This document shows, piece after piece, positions 17,354 through 27,559 of a stretch of DNA of 32,556 bases. Below the pieces are notes generated by a model. The model made no database searches. It was given only the letters and a program-made list of their open reading frames with translations, and was not told the origin of the DNA. The stretch's first letter is position 1. Every line of letters begins with the position of its first letter. Position numbers and translations under genes: made by a program. The stretch is taken from the sequence record SRR31156797_1349, one strand, 5' to 3'.

Positions 17354-20300
17354 TTAAATTTTCTGACCACAGTTAGGACAGAAGTTACAATCTTCACCAG
17401 GAACATCAAACTTACACGTAGGACAGACTCCAACTTCAGGTCCAAGTTCAACAATCAACTCGCCTTCGACCACCGGGATCATCTTTTTATCCTCAGTATA
17501 TTGAGCGGACTTGATCACACGTCTGACGGTACTATCGATTTTGGCCGTTACAGCCTTCTCCTGCTTCATAATAGAGATATTAAAGAGCTCTTCACCTGCC
17601 TTGACTTTGTCGCCAGGTCTGACGTGAGTAACCCACAAATCACCGTTACTGGGCGAGCCGACATGATAATCATTGGTCGGATCAGCCATTTCTGTCGCTT
17701 CCTTGCCACCAACATCGGGTTCAGCGACCTTGACTTGATGGCTCATAATTTCAGAATCAAGAACATATCTGACAACGGCCATACCGTTCTCATCCGGTTC
17801 TGAAATGTCCAGAATACGCATCCGGTGCGGCTTCATGCAATTGCCCTGAAAGTTCAGAACTTCACCTTTTTCCAGCCCTTCAAACCAAACGTCTACAGGC
17901 AGGTTGTTGATGTTGCCGAATTTTTCACAGTAATCAATAGTTGCAATCGCATCACCGGGGTGATTGAGATACATCACAAATTCTTCATCAGTTGGCTGCC
18001 GATGCAGGCGCGTTTGCAATGCCTTTCTTTCTGCGTCCAAATCAACATCGACCAATGTGGTTAATGGAGATTCCTCAGTACGTTCCTTAATGGCAATTTC
18101 CCACCCTTTACCAAACGCAGACTGGTAAACCCAATCAGCCGGGAATCCGAGAGGCATTTTACCAAACTTACCGAGCAACAAATTACGGAAAGCATCATTG
18201 GAGTCGCGATACAAAGCAAGCCTGGCATCCCGCTCAAGGTTGGTCAAATCTTCTTCCTTGCAAAGAGTCACGATATCCAACACGTTCAGAAGTCTCCGGA
18301 CTTCTCGTTTGCCACCCCGCTTATATGCCCCGGTCACTGCCAAAAAGGCGGTGTTCCAGGTGATCTGTGAGCCGGGAGTAACATCGTGATAACGAACGAC
18401 TTTGCGAGTTCCTTCAAGGAACTTCAGCATATATGGCAAAAGCTTGATGTACCCTTGTTTGAGCGCCCCTTCCTGTGACGAAGAGGTCGCACCGCCGGGC
18501 ATACCATGACGAACAACATCGTGATCAATACCCTGAAAATACGGTGCAGTATAACGATCGTAATACGGCATGATCTGCTTGAGCTTAAAGTTGGTCGCCC
18601 GGATCATTTCCTTATCAAGATGCGTCTTCAAGCCAATCTCATCTTCAATGTATGCGGCTGTGGACAGGACTTCGCCCTGACCATACCAACGCACGGAAGC
18701 ACCGATAGCCACATCCACAATATGAGCACCTGCTTCAGCGGCTGCCCCCATGGTGGGAACGAACAAACCATCTGTATAATGACGATGGCTGTGAATAACC
18801 AAGTCCGGATATTTGGCACGAATGGTGGAAATAAGCTCCCGCATAAATCTGGGAGGACAAACACCAGCCATATCCTTAAGGCCAAGAATGATCATCTTCT
18901 CAGCCTGCTTCTTAGTAACACCACCAGCCTCAGCGCACATGGCAATGATAGAATCAGTCACTTGCAGGTACCGATCTACGCCAAAGCCTTTGGCCCATGA
19001 CAGTGAAATTGCCGGTTCAAAGATATTACGCGTGGAATTCATAGCAACCTCAGCAAAAGGCCGCATGTTTTCAACGTGATTCAGGAAATCAAAACAACGG
19101 ATGATTTCATAATGCTCATTGATCATCTCGCCGGTCAAACGCATGACATTTTTCGGCTGAGGCTTATAGCCCAATACATTAGTAGAGCGTACAAGAATCT
19201 GCTTGAGTGTATTTGGTGCAAACTTGTTCCACTCCGCCGCTTCAGTGAAGGGGTATGTCATGTTTGCAAGCATGGCGACATGGAAATGCGCCCCGCCACC
19301 ATTCTCAAGAGAAAAGAAACCGCATTTATCCAACGACGGACCCACAATACGATCCTCCGCTAAACGGAAGCGATTACCGCTGTTGGACTGGGTAATATCA
19401 CGAGTGGTGGTATCCGTCATATGGACGATGCCACCTTCACGGTCCGTACGCAACGTATCGAGAATTGCATCCCGATCCATTTTCCGTGAAAAACGGGATT
19501 CAAACCCGGTTGACCTTTCGGGAGGCTCGACCAACTCAAAACGACCAACACGTTTATCTTCACGCCCACGATACTCGCCCAACTGGACATATTTATTGTG
19601 ACCCAAAGCCGAAATCTCGGCAACAAGTCGCATCATGCGCAAGGAATCCGGCTCACGGTCTGAATAATCCATGAGTTCGGTATAATTCTGTCGAACAAAG
19701 TTGGTATCATAATCAGCGTCGACGAACCTCTGCTGATCAATAATCTTACGATGGAAAGGAAGCGTCGTTTTCAGTCCGCCAATCATATATTCACGCAAAG
19801 AGCGCTTCATCAAAGCAACAACTTTGTTCCACGAATTACCGTAAGAAATCAGCAAGGATGCTGCCGAATCGTAGTTCGATGGGAAGCGATAACCGTCACC
19901 GATACAGGAATCGATACGGATACCCTGACCACCCGGAGAAACATATCGTGTGATACGGCCGGAGTTGGGTTCAAAATTCTTTTGCGGATCTTCGCAGTTA
20001 ATACGACACTGCATAGCCCACTGATAAGGTTTGGTATCCTTGTCATTCAGACGCAACTTGGAACCAAAAGCGATCGCAATCTGCTCTTCAACCAAATCGA
20101 TACCATATCGGCATTCAGTAATACCGTGTTCCACCTGCAAACGGGTGTTGACCTCAATGAGGAATGGAACGCCATCAGTATCCACCAAAAATTCCACGGT
20201 GGCCAAAGAATAGTATCCAACCGCCGAAACAAGGCGTCTGGAATATTCTTTCAGCTGCGCACGCAGCTCCGCTGTATACTTGGGCCATGGGGACGGTGTG

Positions 20301-21064
20301 ATCTCAATCAGCTTCTGATGGTTACGCTGAACTGAACAATCTCGTTCATCCAGACAGAACACGTTGCCATATTGGTCAGAGATAACCTGAATTTCAATAT
20401 GACGCACAGAAGTCAGCAGTTTTTCAACATAGAGACGCGGATTGCCAAACGAGGCTTGTGCCAAAGCAGAAGCTTTAGAAAAAGCGTTTTCAAGGTCCTC
20501 TTCCTGATAAACCTCATAAATACCACGGCCACCGCCACCGCCTTCAGCCTTGAGCATGACGGGAAATCCAATTTCCTTGGCAATCTCCCGAGCCTCGGGA
20601 ATAGATACAGCACCTTCGGAACCGGGAACAACCGGAACACCTTGCTCAATGGCGAGCTTACGAACAGCAACCTTGTTACCAAGGATACGCATTGGCTCCT
20701 GCTCGGGACCAATAAAAATAATTCCGGCTTCCTTACACTTGGCAGGGAAAGAATCATCTTCGGCACCAAACCCCCAACCGGGATGAATGGCGACAACGTC
20801 TTTGGCTTTAGCTTCACGGATAACACGGTCCAGATCGAGATAAGCGCGAGGGTCGGAACCAAGCATAAGCAGCTCATTGGCTCCCGACGTCGCGGGGGAG
20901 GTTTTATCAACGTCTGTGGCGGTCATAATCGCCTTCGCGTTGAACATTTCGGTAATGGAGCGGCAAATGCGCCGTGCGGGGATACCCCGGTTGGCTACAA
21001 GTATGCGCTTCCCTTTGACCTCTTCAAGAACCTCTTCAAAGGACTTCGGCTTCATGGAACTCAC
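17354..21064 (-). CDS. pyc: Pyruvate carboxylase (single chain BC-CT-BCCP) with C-terminal zinc ribbon
   Basis: BC: ILVANRG, IHPGWGF, GGGGRG, RDCSVQR, EVNTRLQVEH. CT: TDTTTRD, GLKDMAG, HSHRH, MPGG, VTPGSQ. BCCP: IMKQE. GTG start with GGAG RBS. Confidence 0.94.
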   Translation of the reverse strand: MSSMKPKSFEEVLEEVKGKRILVANRGIPARRICRSITEMFNAKAIMTATDVDKTSPATSGANELLMLGSDPRAYLDLDRVIREAKAKDVVAIHPGWGFGAEDDSFPAKCKEAGIIFIGPEQEPMRILGNKVAVRKLAIEQGVPVVPGSEGAVSIPEAREIAKEIGFPVMLKAEGGGGGRGIYEVYQEEDLENAFSKASALAQASFGNPRLYVEKLLTSVRHIEIQVISDQYGNVFCLDERDCSVQRNHQKLIEITPSPWPKYTAELRAQLKEYSRRLVSAVGYYSLATVEFLVDTDGVPFLIEVNTRLQVEHGITECRYGIDLVEEQIAIAFGSKLRLNDKDTKPYQWAMQCRINCEDPQKNFEPNSGRITRYVSPGGQGIRIDSCIGDGYRFPSNYDSAASLLISYGNSWNKVVALMKRSLREYMIGGLKTTLPFHRKIIDQQRFVDADYDTNFVRQNYTELMDYSDREPDSLRMMRLVAEISALGHNKYVQLGEYRGREDKRVGRFELVEPPERSTGFESRFSRKMDRDAILDTLRTDREGGIVHMTDTTTRDITQSNSGNRFRLAEDRIVGPSLDKCGFFSLENGGGAHFHVAMLANMTYPFTEAAEWNKFAPNTLKQILVRSTNVLGYKPQPKNVMRLTGEMINEHYEIIRCFDFLNHVENMRPFAEVAMNSTRNIFEPAISLSWAKGFGVDRYLQVTDSIIAMCAEAGGVTKKQAEKMIILGLKDMAGVCPPRFMRELISTIRAKYPDLVIHSHRHYTDGLFVPTMGAAAEAGAHIVDVAIGASVRWYGQGEVLSTAAYIEDEIGLKTHLDKEMIRATNFKLKQIMPYYDRYTAPYFQGIDHDVVRHGMPGGATSSSQEGALKQGYIKLLPYMLKFLEGTRKVVRYHDVTPGSQITWNTAFLAVTGAYKRGGKREVRRLLNVLDIVTLCKEEDLTNLERDARLALYRDSNDAFRNLLLGKFGKMPLGFPADWVYQSAFGKGWEIAIKERTEESPLTTLVDVDLDAERKALQTRLHRQPTDEEFVMYLNHPGDAIATIDYCEKFGNINNLPVDVWFEGLEKGEVLNFQGNCMKPHRMRILDISEPDENGMAVVRYVLDSEIMSHQVKVAEPDVGGKEATEMADPTNDYHVGSPSNGDLWVTHVRPGDKVKAGEELFNISIMKQEKAVTAKIDSTVRRVIKSAQYTEDKKMIPVVEGELIVELGPEVGVCPTCKFDVPGEDCNFCPNCGQKI

Positions 21065-21123
21065 TGGTCTCCTGGACAGAAATAACTACACACGGCATTG
21101 CACCGCCCCGCAGTAAGCGGGAT

Positions 21124-22020
21124 TTAGAGAGGAAAAATCGAACCTGAAAACAGAACCGTTTCTTCTCCACCACGCAAAACAACGAGCCCTCCTTGAGGGG
21201 AAAGGCCCACTATCACGGCCTCATATGGATCTAGGTTCCCTTCGCGGACTTGAATGGTTTGTCCCATCCAAGCCAACCTGTTCTCAATCATGCGAATGAA
21301 TTGAGTAGGCGGAATCTCGTCGAGCATGACTGCATACACATTTTTCCCTCGACTTACAAGGGTTTCAAGGAGAGCCAACGGGCCACCAGAGAAGAATGGA
21401 ATTGCAATGGTTCCGGCAGGAGCCGAACAATCATCACGCATTAGCGCATCTTCAGGACATCCTGCGAGATTCAACCCTAGACCCAAAATAATGATCCCAT
21501 TGCGCTCCTCAATGAGCATTCCACCAACTTTTCGACCATTCTGTAGAATATCATTCGGCCACTTAAGCTGAATTGAGGCCCCGAGAGAATCCAATACGTC
21601 GGCAAACAAAGACCCTGCAACCAGCGGCAACAGGTCTGATAAAGATTCGGCCCATGGTCCTTCAGCCGGAGGCTGAGGGAGCACAATGGAAGCATGAAGG
21701 TTGCCAGGCATAGACACCCATGGACGACGAAGCTGGCCTCTACCACCCGCCTGTACAACGCTGACAACAGCCTCCCATTCACCCAAGAGGCCTTCTTCCG
21801 CCATCTCGCGGGCCAATTCCATTGTCGTCCCACACTGTTGAGTAATGATAATGGTTGATTCAGACTCCTGAGAAGCACGGAGCCACACCCGTTCATCTCC
21901 ACATCTTACGTCAAAAGGACACCATGGCCCAAAAGAAATTACATCCGTCCCCCATGATTCATGGGTTGAGGCCAACTGTTCCGTCGTCCCTTTCGGGAGA
22001 AAAATACCTTGTGGAATCAT
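21124..22020 (-). CDS. birA: Biotin--protein ligase (BirA catalytic type, no obvious N-terminal HTH)
   Basis: QAGGRGQLRRPWVS, LKWPNDI, RKVGGML, GLGLNL, C-terminal SH3-like GLSPQGGLVV; directly upstream of pyc. Confidence 0.88.
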   Translation of the reverse strand: MIPQGIFLPKGTTEQLASTHESWGTDVISFGPWCPFDVRCGDERVWLRASQESESTIIITQQCGTTMELAREMAEEGLLGEWEAVVSVVQAGGRGQLRRPWVSMPGNLHASIVLPQPPAEGPWAESLSDLLPLVAGSLFADVLDSLGASIQLKWPNDILQNGRKVGGMLIEERNGIIILGLGLNLAGCPEDALMRDDCSAPAGTIAIPFFSGGPLALLETLVSRGKNVYAVMLDEIPPTQFIRMIENRLAWMGQTIQVREGNLDPYEAVIVGLSPQGGLVVLRGGEETVLFSGSIFPL

Positions 22021-22047
22021 GAGTTACCTTATGCTATCGTGTCGATC

Positions 22048-23160
22048 ATGCAAATTTACTTGGCTGGCGGCGCTGTCCGCGACCTGCTGCTCGGCAGAGC
22101 AATTCATGACAGGGATTACCTCGTCATGGATGCTACTCGTGATGAGTTCATAAAAGCCTTTCCTGCTGCCAATGAAGTCGGCTTGGCATTTCCAGTCTTC
22201 ATATTGGACAGGACAGAATTTTCATTCCCAAGAGCAACCCCGCTTTCTGAAGAATTAAAATCCCGTGACCTGACTGTCAATGCTCAACTACTGACTGAAG
22301 ACGGCGACTTGATTTGCCACCCGAAAGGATTGGAAGATATCCACAATAAAATCCTGCGTCCGGCTTCTGAGCAAGCTTTTCACATTGACCCGCTCAGGGT
22401 GTTCCGTGCGGCCAGATTCTGGGCACAACTTCCTGACTTCACGCCTCATGATGAATTAAAAGCGACCATGCAATCCGTAGCAGACTCAGGCAAACTTTCA
22501 TCGTTGGCACCGGACCGTATTGGGCAAGAAATATACAAAGTACTCTCCGCACCGGCTCCAGGCAATTTCCTTCGTCTGCTCTCTGACACAGGCTGTCTGT
22601 CTCCGTGGTTTAATGAATTTCACAATGCTTCGACGATCCCGGCAGGCCCAAGCCCATACCACGACACACATGTCCTTGAACACATTTGCCGGACTATGGA
22701 CTCTTTGGCAGGGGACGCAACCGCTGTCTGGATGGGACTTTGCCATGATCTCGGTAAAACCTTAACTTCAAGAGAAAAACTTCCAAGTCACCACGGACAT
22801 GATCACGCGGGGATTCCCCTTGCAGAGGCTCTTGCTCATCGAGTCAGATTGTCAAACCGTCTCAAAACCGCTGGAATGAAAGCCGCGCAGTGGCACATGA
22901 TTGCTGCCCGATATGATGAACTTCGATCTGGCACCAAGGTTGACCTTCTCATGGACGCCCACCTTTCCGACGTATTGCCCCCTCTTTTTAAGCTCGTGCA
23001 GGTCGACCAAGACAAAGACTTCAAACGCCGAGCCCTTAGAAACCTCACAACTATACTTGCGGTAAAACTTAAGCCTGAAGACCGGAATCTTGGCGCAAAA
23101 TCAGGTGAAAAACTTCGAGATCTTCGAGCGCAAACTCTTGCCCAACGACTCCGCAAATAA
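22048..23160 (+). CDS. cca: Class II tRNA nucleotidyltransferase with HD domain, probably CC-adding
   Basis: YLAGGAVRDLLLG, DRD, RDLTVNA, DPLRVFRAARF, CHDLGK; the flexible loop between motifs A and B is missing. Confidence 0.82.
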   Translation: MQIYLAGGAVRDLLLGRAIHDRDYLVMDATRDEFIKAFPAANEVGLAFPVFILDRTEFSFPRATPLSEELKSRDLTVNAQLLTEDGDLICHPKGLEDIHNKILRPASEQAFHIDPLRVFRAARFWAQLPDFTPHDELKATMQSVADSGKLSSLAPDRIGQEIYKVLSAPAPGNFLRLLSDTGCLSPWFNEFHNASTIPAGPSPYHDTHVLEHICRTMDSLAGDATAVWMGLCHDLGKTLTSREKLPSHHGHDHAGIPLAEALAHRVRLSNRLKTAGMKAAQWHMIAARYDELRSGTKVDLLMDAHLSDVLPPLFKLVQVDQDKDFKRRALRNLTTILAVKLKPEDRNLGAKSGEKLRDLRAQTLAQRLRK

Positions 23161-23264
23161 CGCTCCCTTTTTGACAAAAAAAAATGAAACATATACGTCA
23201 ATACCATTCTGAAAAAAATATGCAGACAAAAAACAAGCACGTAAAATAAAATGGAGAATCGCCG

Positions 23265-24176
23265 ATGAGACTTGTCACCCGATCCGATTTTGACGGCCTA
23301 GCCTGCGCCACTCTTCTCAAGCATCTTGACCTCATAGACGATTATCTTTTTGCCCACCCCAAAGACCTTCAGGACGGCAAAGTTGAAGTGACCCCCAACG
23401 ACATACTTGCCAATGTCCCGTATGTGGCAGGCTGTGGTTTGTGGTTTGATCACCACACCAGTGAAAAAGACCGTTTGGGCGACATTAAATTTGAAGGCGA
23501 AAGCAAACCACTGCCAAGTTGTGCCCGAGTTATCTATGATTATTATGGCGCGAACAAATTTCCAGAAACATTCACTGACCTCATGGATGCTGTCGACAAA
23601 GTGGACTCTGCCAATTTGACGGCAAAAGAAATCACCTCGCCAACAGGCTGGATTCTTTTGGGATTTATCATGGACCCAAGGACAGGACTGGGGCGGTACA
23701 GGGACTATCGAATCAGTAACTACCAACTCATGCTGGACATGATTGAATACTGCCGTTCCATGACTGCCGAAGAAATAATGAAACAACCAGACGTCAAGGA
23801 ACGGATCGACAAATACTTTACTGATGAACCTCAGTTCATCCAAATGCTAAAAGAAAACACAAACGTCTATGAGAATGCCGTTGTACTAGATCTCAGAGAT
23901 CAAGAACCAATCTACTGTGGTAATCGTTTCATGATTTATACCTTATTTGATCAATGCAATGTCAGCATCCGTGTCATATGGGGTTTCAAAAAACAAAACG
24001 TGGTATTCACAGTAGGACACTCAATTCTCAACCGCACGAGCAAAACTGACGTAGGCTCACTGATGCTATCATTCGGTGGCGGCGGACACCGCGCCGTTGG
24101 CACATGTCAAGTTCCTGAAGAAAAGACCTCAGAAACCTTGAAAAGAATTCTCAAAAGAATCAATGCCGATGGGTAA
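23265..24176 (+). CDS. DHH/DHHA1 family phosphoesterase (often labelled exopolyphosphatase-like or nanoRNase-like)
   Basis: RSDFDG, WFDHH, VDKVDS, GGGGH motifs; GGAG RBS; TTGACA at 23171 upstream. Confidence 0.88.
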   Translation: MRLVTRSDFDGLACATLLKHLDLIDDYLFAHPKDLQDGKVEVTPNDILANVPYVAGCGLWFDHHTSEKDRLGDIKFEGESKPLPSCARVIYDYYGANKFPETFTDLMDAVDKVDSANLTAKEITSPTGWILLGFIMDPRTGLGRYRDYRISNYQLMLDMIEYCRSMTAEEIMKQPDVKERIDKYFTDEPQFIQMLKENTNVYENAVVLDLRDQEPIYCGNRFMIYTLFDQCNVSIRVIWGFKKQNVVFTVGHSILNRTSKTDVGSLMLSFGGGGHRAVGTCQVPEEKTSETLKRILKRINADG

Positions 24177-24232
24177 AAAACTAAAGCTATCCAGCATCAA
24201 ATAACCTCAACAACGGACTCAAAAAAAGTAAC

Positions 24233-24271
24233 AGCAACGCGGCATATTTTGTTTGCCGCGTTGCTTCTTTT
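24233..24271 (+). terminator. Intrinsic terminator after the DHH gene
   Basis: 12-bp stem AGCAACGCGGCA/TGCCGCGTTGCT followed by TCTTTT. Confidence 0.78.
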
Positions 24272-24335
24272 CAATATTCAAATCACAATTTACATACTTT
24301 TTATCCCATAAACCCACAACGGCGGCACATTTACG

Positions 24336-24364
24336 TTGATTCGTATGCCCAAACCCACTATAAG
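24336..24364 (+). promoter_or_regulatory. Putative sigma70 promoter of the sucCD fusion
   Basis: TTGATT-N17-TATAAG, 36 nt upstream of the ATG. Confidence 0.5.
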
Positions 24365-24400
24365 GTGCCTCCGTATATGTAATGTAATCAGGAGCTCGAC

Positions 24401-26479
24401 ATGCTGCTTAATGAACACAAGAGCAAGATTCTTTTCAAGAAAGCCGGAGTCCCCACTCCCGAGGGTATTGCCGTCCATCCAGGCGAAGAAGGTAATTTCA
24501 ATCCAAACTTTCCCCTGCCGTGGTTCCTGAAATCACAAGTGCTTACGGGAGGACGGGGCAAAGCTGGCGGCATTTTACGTATTGACGCCGCTGCCGACTT
24601 CCCGACCACAGCACGCACTCTTTTCACCCTGAACATCAAGGGCCATTCCGTGCCATTCATCCGTGTCGAACCCGGCGCAGACATCGCTCGTGAATTCTAT
24701 ATTTCACTGACAGTTTCCCGTGAACGCAAATGCATTCTGCTCACCGTAGGGCGCGAAGGTGGTGTGGAAATCGAAAACCTCGGAGCAGACAATCTGCTCG
24801 TTCAAGAAATCAAACTTCCCGGGGGATTAGCTCCCCATCAGATCAGAGCCGCATTCTTTCATCTGGGCCTTGAAAAAGAGCAACTCAAAGATTTCGCGGC
24901 ATTGCTGACAAACTTATTCACAGGGATGCTCGACAACGGTCTGCTCATGGCCGAGATCAACCCCCTGATCATTACCCCTGAAAATCAGTTCATCGCATTG
25001 GACGGCAAGGTTGAAATCGACGACAACCATGCTGACATTGATCCTGAAATGGAAGCTTACTACCAACGTGAACATGCCACACCGGAAGAAAACGAAGCCC
25101 GCGACGCAGGACTCTCTTTCGTCAAACTCCCCGGCTGGGTCGGCTTGATGGTTAACGGCGCGGGGTTGGCCATGGCGACCATGGATTTACTGAACTTTTC
25201 CAAACTCCCAGCCAGCAACTTTCTGGACTTGGGCGGCGCAGCTGATCAAAAACGCATGGAAACCGCACTGGAACTGTTGTTTGGTGACGATCAAGTCAAA
25301 GCAATTTTCATCAACCTTTTCGGTGGAATTCTTTCCTGCGAAAAGGTTGCCCTCGCCATGAAGGGCGCCCTCAATGGAAAGGCTCCGAAAAAGCCCATCG
25401 TGACTCGAATGTCCGGCAAAGACGCCAAGTCTGGTCTGAAAATTCTCAAAGACCTCAATGTGGAAGGCCTGCATATGGCCGGAGACATGAAAGAGGCCAT
25501 CGATATTCTGACCACACTCAAGCCTGCGGCGGCACAATCTATTAATTTTCCAGCCCCTATGGATTGTCCCGCGGGTCAAACTCCGAAACCGGTCGGTTAC
25601 ACCAGCGACGAAATATTCGGTATGGACAAAGACACTCCAATTTTAGTTCAAGGCATCACAGGGCGCGAAGGCCAACTCCATACACGCCTAATGCAAGAAT
25701 ATGGGGCAAATGTGGTAGCCGGTGTCACCCCGTTTAAGGGAGGACAGGAAGTACTCGGCGTGCCGGTGTACAACTCCATTGCCGAAGCAAAACGTGTTCA
25801 TGAAATAGGCGCAAGTATCATCTTTGTCCCACCGAAAATGGCCGCAGACGCCGTTTACGAAGCAGCATCCAATGATATTCCGTGGGCCGTCTGCATAACT
25901 GAAGGCATTGTCCAACACGACATGCTTTCCACATTTGAACAAATCAAAGATTCACGGACTCGAATCGTCGGACCAAACACACCGGGCATAATCGTTCCCG
26001 GCAAAACCAAAATCGGTATCCTGCCCTCGACACCCTTTATTCCGGGTCCTGTCGCTGTGCTCTCCCGCAGTGGCACTTTGACCTATGAAGTCGCAGATCG
26101 TCTGACCTCGGCTGGTATTGGTCAATCCCTCTGTGTCGGCATTGGCGGTGATCCGTTCATTGGTATCAATTTCGTAGATATGTTTGAAATGATACGTAAT
26201 CATGATGAAACAAAAGCGGTTGTCGTTCTCGGCGAAATCGGAGGACAGGCCGAAGAGAACCTGGCCGAATACGTCATGAAAACCGGATTTGACAAACCCG
26301 TCATTTCGTTCATCGCGGGCCAAACAGCCCCTCCCGGCAAACGACTGGGTCACGCCGGCGCCATTCTAGAAAAAGGCGGTGGCATCGAGAGCAAACTCGA
26401 AACCATGAGTAAAGCTGGATTCGCTATCTGCCCAAGCCTTGAAGCCGTTGCAGAAATGACTGCCAAGGCACTGAAGTAA
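24401..26479 (+). CDS. sucCD: Fused succinyl-CoA synthetase-like protein, beta (N-terminal) plus alpha (C-terminal)
   Basis: Beta: [44 protein letters not shown]. Alpha: [33 protein letters not shown], phospho-His RLGHAGA. No stop between the two parts. Confidence 0.92.
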   Translation: MLLNEHKSKILFKKAGVPTPEGIAVHPGEEGNFNPNFPLPWFLKSQVLTGGRGKAGGILRIDAAADFPTTARTLFTLNIKGHSVPFIRVEPGADIAREFYISLTVSRERKCILLTVGREGGVEIENLGADNLLVQEIKLPGGLAPHQIRAAFFHLGLEKEQLKDFAALLTNLFTGMLDNGLLMAEINPLIITPENQFIALDGKVEIDDNHADIDPEMEAYYQREHATPEENEARDAGLSFVKLPGWVGLMVNGAGLAMATMDLLNFSKLPASNFLDLGGAADQKRMETALELLFGDDQVKAIFINLFGGILSCEKVALAMKGALNGKAPKKPIVTRMSGKDAKSGLKILKDLNVEGLHMAGDMKEAIDILTTLKPAAAQSINFPAPMDCPAGQTPKPVGYTSDEIFGMDKDTPILVQGITGREGQLHTRLMQEYGANVVAGVTPFKGGQEVLGVPVYNSIAEAKRVHEIGASIIFVPPKMAADAVYEAASNDIPWAVCITEGIVQHDMLSTFEQIKDSRTRIVGPNTPGIIVPGKTKIGILPSTPFIPGPVAVLSRSGTLTYEVADRLTSAGIGQSLCVGIGGDPFIGINFVDMFEMIRNHDETKAVVVLGEIGGQAEENLAEYVMKTGFDKPVISFIAGQTAPPGKRLGHAGAILEKGGGIESKLETMSKAGFAICPSLEAVAEMTAKALK

Positions 26480-26491
26480 CAGAGGTTTATT

Positions 26492-27559
26492 TTGAAAGTT
26501 TTGCTTATTGATTTAGGAAAAATCATACGTGGCGGACAGCGCCAGGTCTTTTACCTTGCCCGCCATCTCGCTCGCACCCCCGGATTTGAACCGTTGGTTG
26601 CAGTTCCCAAAAAGTCCCCTTTAAAGCCCTTGCTGGAAGAAGCAAAGATTCCCTATGCGGATCTCCCCTCCTCCAGCGACTATAATCCATTCAACATTTT
26701 CCGCCTGACACGCTTGATCGGTTCTTTTAAACCAGATGTTGTCCATACAAATGACGCCAAGGGAGCATCGGTCGCAGCTTTGGTAAAAAAATTCAACGAC
26801 ACCTTCAAATTGGTTCACAGTCGAAGGGTTTCCTACAAGCTCAAACCGGGATGGAGTCGCAGCAAATACCTTGCTGGAGACGCACTGGTTGCGGTCAGCC
26901 GAGAGATTCAAGAAGTATTGATCTCGTGTGAAATCCCAGAAGAAAAAACAAGCACAATCCATAGCGGTATTGATGCAGAAATGTATGAATTGGAGCAAAG
27001 ACAACACCCAGTCTTAACGCTTGGAGCAGTAGGCGCACTCAGTACGCAGAAAGGATTCGAAGTTCTCATAGAATCTTTAGCCTATCTCAAAGAATCACCG
27101 ACAATGCCTGACTGGCAATGTATGATTGCTGGCGAAGGCCCCTTACTTCGAGAGTTGAAACAACAAGCTGAAAAACTGGACTTGGCACGTTCAATCCTGT
27201 TTCTCGGATATCAGGATAGCCGCGTAGTACTCCCGGAAATCGACGTACTGATTATTCCGTCAGTGGATGGAGAAGGCTCCAATGCCGTTATCAAAGAAGG
27301 ATGGGCTACCAAAACACCCGTTATCACGTCTGACCTTCCCTCCAACCTGGAGTTGGTCACACATGAACATGACGGCTTGGTCTTTCGTAATCGAAATGCC
27401 AAAGAGTTAGCGACCAATATTGTCAGAGTGGTCACGGATCAAGCATTAGCTGACCAATTGATCAAAAATGGTTCAGAGTCTGTCACCAATTATACAGACA
27501 AGACCATGGCGCAAAAATATGTAGATCTCTATCAACGATTGATGGATTCAGACTCTTAG
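26492..27559 (+). CDS. Glycosyltransferase family 4 (GT-B)
   Basis: RGGQRQV, KPDVVHT, KGFEVL, EGSNAVIKE (EX7E); TTG start with GAGG RBS. Confidence 0.88.
   Translation: MKVLLIDLGKIIRGGQRQVFYLARHLARTPGFEPLVAVPKKSPLKPLLEEAKIPYADLPSSSDYNPFNIFRLTRLIGSFKPDVVHTNDAKGASVAALVKKFNDTFKLVHSRRVSYKLKPGWSRSKYLAGDALVAVSREIQEVLISCEIPEEKTSTIHSGIDAEMYELEQRQHPVLTLGAVGALSTQKGFEVLIESLAYLKESPTMPDWQCMIAGEGPLLRELKQQAEKLDLARSILFLGYQDSRVVLPEIDVLIIPSVDGEGSNAVIKEGWATKTPVITSDLPSNLELVTHEHDGLVFRNRNAKELATNIVRVVTDQALADQLIKNGSESVTNYTDKTMAQKYVDLYQRLMDSDS

Noticed and set aside
24310..24358. Direct repeat AAACCCAC, twice, upstream of sucCD
   Set aside because: Only 8 bp and two copies, with no known regulator match.
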